Of a stretch of 64,000 nucleotides of DNA, positions 23,955-39,290 are shown in pieces. The first letter of the stretch is position 1; the number at the start of each line of letters is the position of its first letter. This stretch comes from Vicugna vicugna. Its lineage: Eukaryota. Both the position numbers and the translations under genes were made by a program. The stretch spans positions 62,001-126,000 of the forward strand of contig MU057398.1 in assembly GCA_013265495.1 (NCBI GenBank), written 5' to 3'. Below the pieces are notes generated by a model. It worked only from the letters and a program-made list of their open reading frames with translations. It was not told the origin of the DNA and searched no databases.

Positions 23955-24925
23955 ATCTGTGGCAGCCCCACTCCTTGCAAAAGATGTCCATGTTCTCATG
24001 TCTGGAACCTGTGAATGTGACTTTATATGGCAAAAGGCACTTTGCAATGTGCCTGAGTTCAGGACTTTGTGTCGCCTTGGAAGAGGGTGGGCTGAATGAC
24101 ACAAGTGACGGAAGCCCAGAGGAAGAGCCACAGGCCAAGGAATGCTCTAGAAGCTGGACAAGGTCGGAAAAGTGGATTTTCCCCTGGAGCCTCCTGAGGG
24201 AGCACGGCCTTCCTGACACCCAGAGTTGGACCCAACAAAACTGATTTTGGACCTCTGGCTCCCCCGATGTTATCACCTTCTCAACACAGGCTCCTTCTCA
24301 GGTCCCAGGGTAGGGTTAAGGGTGCCTAGCAGGACTGTATTTGTAATTTTATATTCTTTTCCTTAGAGAGGGCCCTCCAGATTGCATAAGCTGTGTCCTG
24401 CCCCAGCCAGCATATGTGATGGGCCATCACGCCCATGACTGGGTTATGTTCTACAACATGGGTGACTTTAAGAAAGAGCAATTATCCCCAGTGGACCTGA
24501 CTTAATCCCAGGAGCCCTTTAAATCTGGATCTAACTGCCAGAGGCAAAGAAGTCAGCAATTCAAAGCATGAAAGGGAGTCAATGAAAAGGAAATGCTCCT
24601 GCTGGCCTTGAAGGTGGAGGCCACATGGCATGAATGCAGGCAGCCTCTGGCAGCTGAGAACAGAATCCCTGCTGACAGCCAGCAAGCAAGCAGGGACCTC
24701 GTTCCTATAGCCTCAAGGAGCTGAACATGGCTAATGACCTTAATGAGCCTCCAGACTAGAAGGCAGCCTGGTGATATCTTGATTGCAGCCTGTGAGACCC
24801 TGAACAGAGGACCCAGGCCTGTCATGCCTTCTGACTCATAGGACTGTGAGCTAATAAATGGGTGTTGATAAAAAGCCACTAAGTTTGTGGTAATTTGTTA
24901 TGCAGCCATAGCTGACTAATACACT
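23955..24925 (+). mobile_element. MLT1D/E-like LTR fragments
   Basis: aaagatgtccatgttc...tggaacctgtgaatgtgac...tatggcaaaagg; 3' end ctaataaatgggtgttg...aagccactaagtttgtggtaatttgttatgcagc. Confidence 0.65.
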
Positions 24926-27900
24926 TGCCAATCATGATTTGGTCCCTAGCTGAATATGAGGGCCAGGAGCTGGCTGACTTGGGCTTCTGGATGTGTCTCA
25001 GTTCCTAGCAGAGTGCCTGAGACACAGCTGGTGCTCAATACATGGGATGAACGAGCAGCCACGTGGGAGGCAGTGGTGCCAAAGAGGTGGGAGGGGCAAA
25101 GCCCTGGAATCCCAAGTGGTGAAGAAAGGGAGCCTGGAAGGGACTGGGCAAAAGTGGGTGGGGACAGTGACGCACTTTCTGCCATCAGGGCAGGAGGATT
25201 GTGAGGTGGTGGCCCCTGGAGACACTCACGCTGCAATTGAAGCAGGAGGTAGAGACGAAGTGTGAGAGTCACAGTAGCACGCACAGTGGGAGGGCTGGGG
25301 AGGAGACTGAAAGAGAGGGTGGAAGGCAGTGACAGGAGGGAGTAGGGAGAGGCTCAGGGGGCTGGCAAGAGTCAGGAGGCAAGGCTGGTGGGATCAACTG
25401 CAGCCAAGATTTCCAAATGGACCTCTGGAGCCCTGGTGGCCCACTCATGGGGCTCCAGGTGGGAGGATGGTGTGGCAGGGGCTCGCCTTCTCCCTCACTG
25501 AACTCTGAGGTCCATGTCTGTGCCCAGAACTCCTGGCTTGGGCTGGCCAAGGCAGGTGGGTTCTCCACAAAGGTCAGTGTTCAAGAACAACCCATGCTGT
25601 ATGCAGGGAAAGGGCTAGGAGCTGGGGGCCACGTGTTCCCCACCCTCATGGAGCTCGTGGTCATGAAAGGGAAATGGGTATCCAGCCAGGAAAGAAGTGG
25701 GGTCATGAAGTGATGGTTCTGATGAAGGGAGCCTCAGTTTCCTGTCATATTCAACAGTTCTGGTCACATGTGCTGCACGAGGCCTTGGCACATGTGTCCC
25801 ACTCCCATGGACCACCCTCCTGCACCCTGCTGCTTGCCCTTCAGGTCTTAGATTCAAGGTCACCTGCTCAGATCTCCTTCCCTGAGCCCCACTCCCATTA
25901 ATCTCTATCCTGTTTGTTCACTTTGGAGCACTTCTCCCAGTTCATTCTTTTCTAACATGGGGGTGGGATCTTCCATCAATGTCCACTGCCGTGACTCTGT
26001 CCACTGCCATGACTCCATCCCCTGGGCTGTCACATGCCCAGGACCCAACCTGCTGCGAGCCAGGCCTCAACACCCATTGGCTAAATACGTAAAGGGAGGG
26101 TTTGTAAAGATGAAATGAGGTGAAGTGTGGAAAAGAGCCTGGCACGGCATCTGCTGCAAAGTGCTTCTGGCATTTCCTTGAACCGTGAGATCCGTGGAAT
26201 GTAAGTTTTGGAAAGTTGGTAACCAAAGCGGTAGAGTTGAGAGCATTGCCCATCAAGCTGGCTTTAATCACTGGACCATGTGGCTCTGGTCCTTTCCTTC
26301 CTGGGCGCCCCTGACCGGAGTCATGAGACTCTAAGTTAGAACACATGTTTCCATCAGCTGAGTCACTGCTCGAGGACAGATCTTGTCACCACTGGCCCCC
26401 CTCCCAGCCCCTGCCCTTGGAGCTGTGCTCACTAACTGAGGGCCAGGTCTCATCCTCGAGGCCTCAGGGCTCTGAAATAGACGTCACAGGCAGAGCTTGT
26501 GGAAATGGTGCCTTCAGGGAGAAGAAGGGTTAATTGGGCTTTGAGAGGTGCCAAGGGAGAATCTTGAGCCAGTGGATGAGATGAAGTGGCCTGTGAGGTC
26601 ACAGGCTGTAACTGAGGCCAGCAGGAGACCCCTGGGGAGGGTGCCTGTGGCAGGACGGGCGCAGTCTGGGGTCCGAAATGCAGGAAGACAACCCTGTCTG
26701 GGAAAGCAAGGGCCCCAGTGGCCAGTGGCGGATGCAGGCTTGCCAGGTCGGGGGTGGGGAGGGTGGCTGATTCCTTTAGCAAAATGTGTCTGCTGGCTCT
26801 TTTATCACCTTCTTTCTGGCTGGGGCACTCAGAAACACGTCTAGAAGGCAGCAGTGCCTTTTTCTCATGATGTCACTGTCCCCCAGGGCCCCTCAGAGAC
26901 CCCATTACCTGCCCTTGCCTGGAAAGGGGACTTGAAACTGGCCTTCAAGGCCTCAGGCAGGACCCAGGGGCCCAGGAGCCTCAAGGAGGCCCCTGTCATG
27001 GGCCCTCTTCAGGATTCTGAATTTCAGAAACGTCTCCTGCTTTAGGCACCAGAGAAATGGCTGCCCTCCCCCTCAACCCACGCATCCTAACTTGAATCAG
27101 GGCTGAGGGATGCCTGCTTTGACATTTGTGGGGTATCACAGACGTATATTTTTGAGGACTCACTGACCCAACAGGGTTAACTGAGCATTCTCACTGGCCA
27201 CGATGGATGGGAGAGCCGCCCGGGACCCTGGTGGTACACCTCATGTTTCCTTTTGTCCTGGTAGCTTTTAAAAACAAAATGTTGCTGCTGTGGGACTCCA
27301 TTACCCAACAATGACAGTAACAGTGCATGATGTCTGCCCTTCCCCCCACCAGCCCCCCAACATGGACCACACATGAGCATCCACCCCAGACCCCAAGTCG
27401 TCCCTCACGGTGGCCAGGCTCATGCCAATGCAGTCAGCTTGCCCTCCTTCCTGCTCATGTTCTCTTTCCACCCTTTGCTCCCAGAGGCCAACAGCCATCT
27501 CCTCACTGGAGCCAGGGATGGGGTGGGGAGGCATATCCAGACAGAGCTAGGTGATGTTCACCTTCACAAAGGCCTTGGCCCACAGGCCTGCAGGGCTCTG
27601 TGGCTCCAGAGCCATGCTCAGACCCCCAGACTGCATGATGGCCCAAGACCCATGCTTAGCAAAACAGTGGGGGCACTGCCACCTCTCTCTGATTTCAGAG
27701 AGCCAGAGATGAAAGGCTGAGCTAGGAGGTGACTGACCATTGGCCTTGGGCCTAGAAATTAGAAACACGATCAAATCTTAAGCCACATAATTTTGTTCTA
27801 GAACCTTCGTTCATCAGAGCTCTTTGGTCTGAGACCCATGAAGGGCGGACGACCGCCTCAGTCCCACAATGAGTTTGACTTTGAGCAGCATGGAGCTTGT

Positions 27901-30900
27901 CTAAAAAGGCCAGGGTGACTGTGTGTGGATTTGCAGGCTGTTGTCTTTCATGAACCTTACAAGGGACTCTGCTCCTTTTAGAAACATGGGTTCCAGATTG
28001 CATCGGGGTAAAGCCTATTTCATGGCGCAGGATCACCTTGCCCCTCCGTCAAGGAAGATTAGCTCAGCAGGCTGGGAACCAGCACCCTGCATGTGATTTT
28101 CCTTGCAAATCCCATCTCCCGTGTCAGATGAGTAGCCTGCTGTTGCCGTGGTGAATCGGTATTATACTGTGACCTTGATTCTGAGCAGAAACGTACGTTG
28201 CCTTGACCATGATTACACAAAACTCGTTGCCCAGGAAACAGCACATTTCCGAGAACAGGAAGAGCTAGATCATTCTTGGCTTTGACTGGAAGGCACACAG
28301 GGTTACCTTGTACCCAGTGGGGTCTCAGCTCTCCTCAGGGACTTCTCGGCTTCATGTTTGTGTGTGTGACACGGGGAGTGGGGAGAGACAGAGGCAGACA
28401 GAGAGGGAAAGAGCACTAGCATCCCTCTGCACACGTCGGGAAGTTTCCATTCAAGACAAGCTTCTGCAGTTGTTGTTTGGAAGAGGAGGGGGCTTGCAGC
28501 ACCCTCTCCCATCTCTTACTGGGAGGCTCTAAAGAGGGGAGCAATACTTCTCGATGCTTCTGGCCTCCTGCCCAGTCCCTATCGCCCAATGCAGCCCCAG
28601 AGCTGGGGAGGCATGGTGCCAGGGGAGGCCCCCACTGGGCTCTGGGACATGCTCATTTCCCATCCAGGGTGCCTGACTCCATCTATAGGAAGCTTCCTCA
28701 CATATTCAAACTCACACTCACACACACACACACCCTGCACCAAGGGCAGACAGATACAAGAGTAGCTCTTTGGGTCTCGAGTCTGTTTCTTTCCCCACAT
28801 GAACCATGCATGCTCTCAGAGCTGGCTTCCCAGGCCAGCCATGAAAGTCACCTTGACCCAGAAAGAAGCCTTGGAAGAGGGTTCTTACCAGCCTGTGGCC
28901 ACAGATGCCAGCATGGTGGGGGAGGCAGTTTCCAGCAGGGAACCCTGAGTGAGGACCCCACAGAGGCTGCCCATGGGGGTTGGGGGTGGCCTGTGCCTGT
29001 ATAGTTTGACTTCCAGCTCAATGGCTTCTTCATCCTCCTCTGCCAGGGCCCTTCCCCCTCATGGCTGAGAACTGCCTAGGTTATGAGCACAACCCCCGCC
29101 CCTGGATGGACACACCTGCTGATAAGTAACCCCACCCAGGTGCCTGGGCTGAAAACCTCCACATCATCCTTGACTCTTCCATCTTCTCCACCACGAGTGC
29201 ACACCCATCTCCAGTCTATCAGGCTCCACCAAGGGAGAGCCATCCTCACTCGACTGACTACTGCACATGAGAGGGGTACAATAACTACTGTTCAAATAAC
29301 TGAGCAGACTCACTTTATCAAGATATTCACTTTACCCGGAACTGAACCCGAGATAACTCTGAGGTGTGCTTGTATTATACTCATTTTATTTATGAACAAA
29401 GAAAAAGAAATTGCAAGAAAATGAAAAGATTTGGTGAACTTATAATAAATGTTTCTTTATAAGGATTATTAGTTCCTAAATGCATCCCACAAATTTAAGG
29501 AATGAAACTCTGAAAAAATATTTGAAATATTATGTTGAATTACATAGTCCAACGCAGTATCCAGTGACTCTCTGCTCTACCAGATGAAGACATCATTCCA
29601 CACTCTTCCTCCCACCCCTTCAGTCGTCCACCTCTGGTTTGATTAGATGATTACTTTTACATTGTCAAGGTTTCTAAGATCTGCATTTGGTCCTGTAGCA
29701 GGACATGTCTGAATGCACAGTTCCAACAGTAATGGAATATGAGATGAGTTCTTCATGGAAACCGATTCAGTGCTCAGGACTGTTCTTCCATTTCCAAGTT
29801 CTTTATTTCAGTTCATCTTTCAGTTGGCTAGCCTTGACTGTCCACTGGGAATTTTTACTTTCTGCTTTTAGACTTGAAGGGCAAGTTGGACAGATGGAAT
29901 ATTCTCAGAGTAAATTGTCTTTTCCTCAGAAGTTTGGAAAACTTTCCCCCACTGGCTTCTGGCACTGAGAACTGACTCGGAGAAGTCTAAGGGCAACGTG
30001 ACATTTACCAGAAAGATTTTCTTCTCTTGATTGTTTGCTTTTTCAGGAAACCAATTATATATGTGTTGCATCTCCTTTTCCATCTCCCAGATTGTTATCT
30101 GCTTTGTGTTGTGTGACTTCTTCAAACCTTGCTTCTGTGTACCCAAATGGCCATTATGTACGTGGTCTCCTTGGTCCCATTTACTCAAATTGTTATTGCT
30201 CTGTGTAGATTTCATCTCAGTACTATTTTTATTTTTCTCTTCCCATCCTCTGATTTCTGCTACCTTCCTTTCATTTCCTTCTGCTTTCTTCTAATGTCTT
30301 CTTTAAACTCTAGATCTCTTCTTCAGATTTTCTTGTTTTGAGAAATCATATTTTCTGAAACTTCTTGGCATCTATGGAGATTTGTGTGTGTGTCTAGTCT
30401 TCCTGTATTTCTTGTGTAATTCCCCCTTGTGATGTGCTTTTCATCTCCTATTTGCTTCTCTTCCTTTCCTCCCCTTTTATTTTTGTAATTGTTGCTGTTT
30501 CTAATTTCTATATAGAACCCACACTGGGCTGTGGGTGCCCTTGGCTTCGCCAATATGTCCACACTATCTCCTATTTGCATATCATCTGACTGCTCCAGTG
30601 GCCTGTGTCCTGAAGTTTCATTAATCTAAGCAGAACTTCTGGCCTGTGACCGTTGACTTTGGAGCAGTCTGGTTCCTGCTCCAGCTCTGAGGAGGCATTG
30701 CCGGCCCAGCTGGCTTCCTATCCCTGTCCAGACATAGCTGCATTTGGCTGGAGAGATTCCTAATTTGTGGTCTGGGGTTGTAGCCTTTTTCAATGCTGTT
30801 TTTCTCTTTGAAGCCAGGCCAGCCCATCATTTTTCTATACAACTGGTAAAGGAAAGAGTCCAAGGCCTTGAAGGAATTTCCTTTCTTAAGTCAGTATCTT

Positions 30901-31888
30901 TCACAGGCAGCTAAATTTCAGACAAGCACACAGAGCACCCAGCTCTACCAGCTCCCAGGCTGAGCCAGTCAGAGGGGTCTGGACCTGGAAGAGGCCCAGG
31001 CTAGGAGAGAATTTCTGTCACCAAGTACTGCTCGCTGCCAGCCATCATACTTGTGAGGTCACATCCAATGTGTACATTAAATGTCACAGTAGGGATTTTG
31101 GAGATGTGTCATGGCTGAGCACCAGCCCTCAGCTGGCTGGCTCTCAGGGGCCTTGGGAGGAGCTGAAGATGGAGCATGGAAGGAGATGTCCCATCTCCCA
31201 ACGTGGCTGGATGTGGCTAATGAGCTCCAGCCCCTTTGATGAACAAGTTGAGTCTCTTGGGCAGTCCCAAGTCCGAGGTTTTCCTTAAACCATGACCCAG
31301 GGCATTTAAATTGCAGACCTTCTCAGCTGCCTGGGATGACATTAGCGAGAAAGTGACCTGAAGTAACCCCTGAAGGGCAAAGGCAAGGAGGGCAGAGCAG
31401 ACAAGGGACAGCAAGCAGCCAGCAGCCCCATGCTGGGAGCAGCCAGGGCAGGGTGGCCTCAGGTGGAGAGGTCCCTTCAGGTGGAGTGGCAGGAGCCTGA
31501 TGCAAGGAAGGCACTCTGGGATCCGGATCTGCTCTCCAGGCCGCCCCAGTGCCTTGTCAGTTAAGGTTCCTTCAAAAGCAGAACTGACTCCCTGAGGGAT
31601 ACAGATGATGTGTCATGGGGGTTACCCTACTCGCAGTCGGGGGAACTGCTGCTTCTGTGCATAAAGTCGGCAGGGCTGGCTCAAGGGAAGGAGAGACAGC
31701 CAGGAAGTGGAGGGGTGGGGTCAGGATGAGTGAGAAGCAACATGTGTCCCAGCACCTCAGACCTGGTCGATGCAGGTGACCTGCCAGAGGCGGGCACTGT
31801 CCACACAGAGCCACACTCGCAGCCAGCCCAGCACTTGAAGTGAAAGGAGGCGACTTGGTGGTGGCAGCAGGTCAGTCAAGACAGCAGA

Positions 31889-32004
31889 GTGGGGAGGGTG
31901 TGTAGCTCAGTGGTAGAGCACGTGCTTAGCATGCACCAGGTCCTGGGTTCAATCCCCAGTACCTCCATTAAAAATAATAACAATAATAGTAATATTAATA
32001 ATAA
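31889..32004 (+). mobile_element. tRNA-Ala(AGC)-derived SINE (camelid vic-1 type)
   Basis: A box tagctcagtggtaga, anticodon-like gcttagcatgc, B box ggttcaatccc, an AAT-rich tail, and an 11-bp TSD aagacagcaga (31878-31888 and 32005-32015). Confidence 0.9.
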
Positions 32005-33420
32005 AAGACAGCAGATCAATGAAGCTGTGCTACAGCGAACTTCTGAGCCAGCAAATTTCTGAGCATTAAAAACAAAAACAAAACATGACCCCTGCTTCAT
32101 TTCTCCCTTCCAAATCCCACACAAATTTCTCCTGTGGTTAACCTTCACCTGGGACCATAAAAAGCAAGGGATTCTGGGAGAACTAGCTGCAGCTTAGCCC
32201 AGTGGACACAGTACACTTGACAAGGGCTGTCTCCCACCTGGGGATGCCTCACTGCTTCCTCCGCTCCTCCCAACTGCCCCTTTATGTGCGCCTGGAATCA
32301 TGCTCCCCATGCTTCAGAGGTGCAGATGTGCCCTTGGGTCCCTGAGCCTTCCCCACACCCACCCCAGCCCTGAAGGTACCCGTCTCCATTGGGCACTGGA
32401 GGGCAGGGCTGGGTGAGAGGATTACTAGGGGAAACCACTGGGGCCCAGCCGCTTGGATAGCACAGCAGGGAGGCACCACCCCTGCAGCAGTGCTGAAGCC
32501 AGCTTGAGCACAAGATCCTGATGCAGTCCCCCTGGCAAGGCTCCCAAGTCCCCCAGGATCTTGGAATGCACCAGATGGAAAGACTCGCAACTTACACAAT
32601 GATGATAGAAGCTGCCTCTCCAGCTCCAAACCTTCAGAAAGACTGGAATTTGGGGCCTGCAAGATAGCTATGAGAGCACAGGCTCACCAAACTCCCTCCA
32701 GGCGGCCCCCAGAGCCCAGATCCCTGTTCACCCAGAAGTCACTGGCTCCCTGGGGATCTGGCTACTAGCAGAGTCCCTGGAGCCCTGATTGTCCCCCAAA
32801 TCCCAGCCTGGCCACTGAAATGTGTCCACAGAGCAAGGCTGAGGCTCCCAAGCAAGCCCCTGTGGGTAAGCGGCTCAAGGCGACTTCCCCAGTGCCCCCC
32901 AACCACCGCTGCCGGCAGCCACTCCACAGGGTGGTCTCAGTGGCCATTTCCTGAATAGTCTGCCTCTGTGCAGACAGAGATTGGGCTGGGACCAAGACGG
33001 GCACTGACAGAGATGGGGCCCCAGCAGTACCTGCCCGAGGGCCATCCATTCAGCGAGCTGCCACCCCTTGGCCCACATGAGCCCCGCCCACTGGATCTGG
33101 CCCCACCCACTGTAAAGGGCTGGGGAGTGGAGGGCAGGGCTCTGTAGTCTACAGGACTCTGCTCAGTGCCCCAGACGACACGAAGGGCCAGGACAGGGCT
33201 AGGCCAATGTGGCCTGGGACTGTGGGCCAGACGGAGGGCACAGGAGGGAGACTAAAAAGGAAATGTGAAAGGCACTGTCAAGGCCTGTGGAAAAATCTCT
33301 GGCCACCACATCTGGGACACAAATAAAGTACCAGAAGCTTTGGGGAATAAAGACAGAGCAGGACACTGGGGACAGCCAGTCTGCATGGCCCCCTCAGTTG
33401 GCTGGAGTCAGCTGATGTGT

Positions 33421-33480
33421 TCTTCTAATTCATAGAGAAGAGGGAAGCCCTCTTCTAATTCATAGAAAAGAGGGAAGCCC
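33421..33480. repeat. 30-bp tandem duplication
   Basis: tcttctaattcatagaRaagagggaagccc twice, 29/30 identical. Confidence 0.95.
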
Positions 33481-33599
33481 CTGGAAGTATCAGGCCCCCG
33501 TCCGAGAAGGCGATGTGGGCTGGGACAAGCCACTCTGCACCCTATACTCACTTTCACATTCACAGATACCACACACACCTACATACACGCCACACGTGT

Positions 33600-33632
33600 A
33601 CACACCACACACACACACACACACACACACTC
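33600..33632. repeat. (CA)n microsatellite
   Basis: cacaccacacacacacacacacacacacac. Confidence 0.9.
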
Positions 33633-35092
33633 ACCAAAGCTTTCTCCTGAAACTTCCCACACCTTAAGCTTCCCTGCCTACTTTCCCCCAGATCCGGCCT
33701 GGAAGTGTTAGCCTTGGCCTTCCAACTCCCGACCACCTGGCAGAAGTGCAGTACAGGGCTCTGCTCCTGTGGTGCTAGGGGCCCTTTCAGTGGATTCCAT
33801 GGGAGACCCCTGTACCACTTGGAGTCTTTAGCAATCACATCTCACTGTGGCCAATGGAATAAAAACGGAAATTAACGGAAGGGTGACGGGTGTCCCATAG
33901 GCATTTGGGGAAGGCTGGAGAGCCAGGCTCTGCAGAGAGGAACAAGGGTCTGAATCACATCACAAGGCACCCGTGTGGCTCCTTCCCTCCCTCCCATGGC
34001 TGAGCACAGACACTGAGGCTTGCACCAGCCATATGGGACTCAAATGCTGCCGTGAGAACCAAGGCTGCCAATGCTCCTGGAGAAACAGGTCTCATGGCCC
34101 CTGTCACCTGCCCATCCGAGTGGGATCTGTGTGGCCCCTGCTTCTCCCCAGCTCTGGCAGCAGGTGCATCTGATCGCCAGGCCCGGGTCCTATGCCCCTA
34201 CCTGGCTACAAGAGAAGTTGGGAGTCTGGCATTTTCTGCTCCTCTTGTAGGAAGTGGGTTCAGCCTCATAAAGTGGTAACTTTCTGGGACAGAAGGAGTG
34301 AGAAGTGTCCACTGGGCTTACTGAAATGGTCCAACATTGTCCCACTGCCTGTAGCCTGAAACCTGATTTCCCCATCCCTGAACAGCACCCCTTCAGAGAG
34401 CACCCTTCCCCTCCCCCAAGACTGGGGCTTCTGCTCCAGTGCATCTTGCTAGCCTGGTCTTTTTTTCTTCTCGAGAGCAGATCTATTAGCAGGTGAAGGT
34501 GGTGTGGATATGTTTGGGCCCATTCTCCCAGGAACCCAAATGTCTAGGCTAGATTTTCAGTTGCTCCATAAGTGCTATCACTGTTCTGTGGTGAGATTTT
34601 CACATTTTAAGATTCCTCAAATTAAAATACATTTGGGGTTTTTCAAAAATCTATCAGTCTAATGCTGACTTTCTCACCAAGGAGGCTAGAGACCTCCTGG
34701 GCATGACAGGTCCTTGTTTCACGGCCCCAAGCCATGGGGCCCTCACACACATTTAGCAGTCCTGAGCCCAGGGACTAGATGCCAGTAGCATCTTCCCCAC
34801 TGTGAAGGAGAAAACCAGAATCACCCCACCCACCCTCAAAAGACCCAGGACACAAAGCATCCCAACAGAACAGGTGAACCCCGAACTTTATAATTGACCT
34901 ATAAAATGGAAAAAAATACCCTCAACACATTCTGGTCGGCCAGTCAAAGTGCCCACCCCACCCCCTCATTGGAGAACTCTCCCAAGGGCGTGGAGCAGGA
35001 ATCATATTCCGGCCCTCGACCTCCATCCCCAGCAAACCCTTCCCTCAAATGCCCACAGCAGAGGCCAGACTCAGCTGAAACTTTCAACGAAA

Positions 35093-35098
35093 TTTATT
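35093..35098 (-). terminator. Candidate poly(A) signal of the PNMA6E-like gene
   Basis: tttatt on + (AATAAA on -), about 1.3 kb downstream of the stop; further downstream on the minus strand the sequence is G/T-rich. Confidence 0.6.
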
Positions 35099-36372
35099 AA
35101 AGAGAAACATTGACTGAAACTACTGAAAAGAGGGAATGACCACACAGGCAGGAACTTCTAACGGCCACTAAAGCCCACAGATCTCAGCCCCCTCCTCCTC
35201 CCAGGGTCCCTCACCAGGTGTCTCAGCTGCCCCCCACCGTGCTGCGGCCCTCCCCACATAGTCTCCCTTCCTGAGGGCCCCACGGTCAGCCTCTGGCCAG
35301 GACGGTGGACCCCAGCAATGACCGCTGCCCCCAGGGCACCCCTCCCCCTCTGGCCCACATGCTGGGGCCTGGCCCTGCCCTCTGGCCCCCACAGGACAGT
35401 CCAGGACACTGCAGAACACGGCGGGGAACGCTCCCCCAAGCCCAGGACAAGGGGTCACGAGGAACAGCGATGGCAGATCACAGCACGGTCCCCGAGGACC
35501 CTCCGCAGCCCCCAACCTTCCCCGGCCCAGTTCTTCCTTCCCGAGGCCACCAGGTGGGCGTCGTCCATCTGTCCATCCCGCCGTCTCCTGGGACCGGGCT
35601 GGGGTCTCCGGGCTGGGCTGGGGGTACTGCTCAGAGAAGAACACACACACATCTCCACAAGAACAAGCAGCGTTTGGCCTAAATCTACTCCGACAAAGCG
35701 GACGTGGCGCTCACGACACTGGGCCAGAGCGAGCAGAGCCTTGGTGCCCTGAGCTCAGGGCACGTGGCCGGGCCCAGAGGTGGCGGCCCGGGTAGGAGGG
35801 ACACCCGGCCTGGGTCCACGGGCACCTCAGGGCTCTGCACGTAAACGGGCGCTGGTGTGGGGGGTGGTGAGGAGATCACTATGGGGCCACAGAGACACAG
35901 GCTTCCTATGGGCTTCCTAGTACAGGGAGCAGCCTGCCCCAGGGGACGGTGACTAGGGGCCCCTCTCGGAGGCCCAGGCACCTTGACATGGCCCCTGACA
36001 TCTCCCAGGGCAGTGTGGGGGCAGACGTCTTCAGGTGGCCCTCACCGAGGCCGGGGCTGGGCACTCAGGGATCCTCCCGGGCCGGCTGCCCCAGTTGGCA
36101 GGGCTTGGGGCTGAGGCTGGTGTGGTGTTGCCATGGTGGGGGAGGCGCACCTCTCCCCGCCCCATTTGGTGTCTAACATGGTCATCGTGGTCACTTGGAA
36201 GGACTCATGGTGGTGGGTGGGGTCTCTTGCAGGTAATAGGGGGTCCAGGGAGTTGGTTTGGGCTGGGCTGGGCTGGCCCTTCCCTCCACCCTGCTCCCCA
36301 CCTGGGGTGAGGTGGCTGCCTGGCCTGGCCTCTACCTGCCTCCAGGCCAGGGGGGCCCTGGGCCTGCTGAGC

Positions 36373-38391
<2,019 letters not shown>

Positions 38392-38499
38392 TCAGCCTGT
38401 GGGTACAAAGGGGAGAGAAGCATGTTTGTGCCACACAGCCCACCCCACCGCCCACCAAGAGTCCCATGCCCTTCACAGCAGCAGATTGGAGCACCACCC

Positions 38500-39290
38500 C
38501 AACCCTGTTTTGTTTGTTGGATTTCAAGAAACTTTTTCGATAAATTTATTTACAAGACAGAAGGCTAGTCATGTTTTCTACTTTTCTGGCATTGATTTTA
38601 GGAAGCTGCATGTTTTGCAATGAATTTTCAAGTTTTCAAATTTTTAGCATACATTTTTTGATAATATCCCTATATTCTCCTTTTAATATCAGTCTGATCT
38701 GCAGCATTAGCCCTCCTTCATTCCTCATATTGGTGATTAGCGGTCTTTCTCTTTTTCCTTGATTCTTTAGGGCTTTCTCATTTTTTTGTTGTTGCTATTT
38801 AAAAACAAGAACCACCACATGCGGCCTTGTTCACAGTGTCCACAATTTGCTTTCTATCCCCGATTTCTTCTCTTAGCTGTACTATTTCTGCCAACAATTC
38901 ATTTTGTTTCCTTCATACTTCTTTCTCTAGCTCCTCTAAATAGACTGTTAGGTCCCTGATTTTACGCCCTTTCTTTTCTAACATAAGCACTTCGAGCAAT
39001 ACATTTTCTTTCTGTCGCTCTTTAGCTGCCTCCCACTAATTTTGGTAAGTTGTGCTTTTTATTATTCAATTTGAAATATGTTCTAAGTCCCTTTGTGATT
39101 TCTTCTTTGATACACGGTTTCCAAATATTTAAAGATATATTATCATTATTAATGTCAAGTAAAATTCCCCTATGATGGGAGAACTTACCTTGTAAAATTC
39201 CAATCCTTTTAAGTTGATGGATTTTTACAACCCCAGGTACGGTCAATCTGGAGGAATGTAGAAAGCCGACTTCGTAAGAAATCTGTATTT
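38500..39290 (-). mobile_element. Old L1 fragment (in the presumed PNMA intron)
   Basis: AT-rich antisense L1 motifs (ctttagctgcctcccac, ttattattcaatttgaaatatgttctaa, gtgatttcttctttga). Confidence 0.65.

Noticed and set aside
31891..31967. Apparent tRNA-Ala gene (also 43884-43960)
   Set aside because: The A-rich tail, target-site duplication and stem mismatches mark these as SINEs.
35100..36372. Possible pol/protease remnant or readthrough frame after the PNMA stop
   Set aside because: No aspartic-protease, RT or zinc-knuckle motif is visible in the downstream ORFs; treated as 3' UTR.
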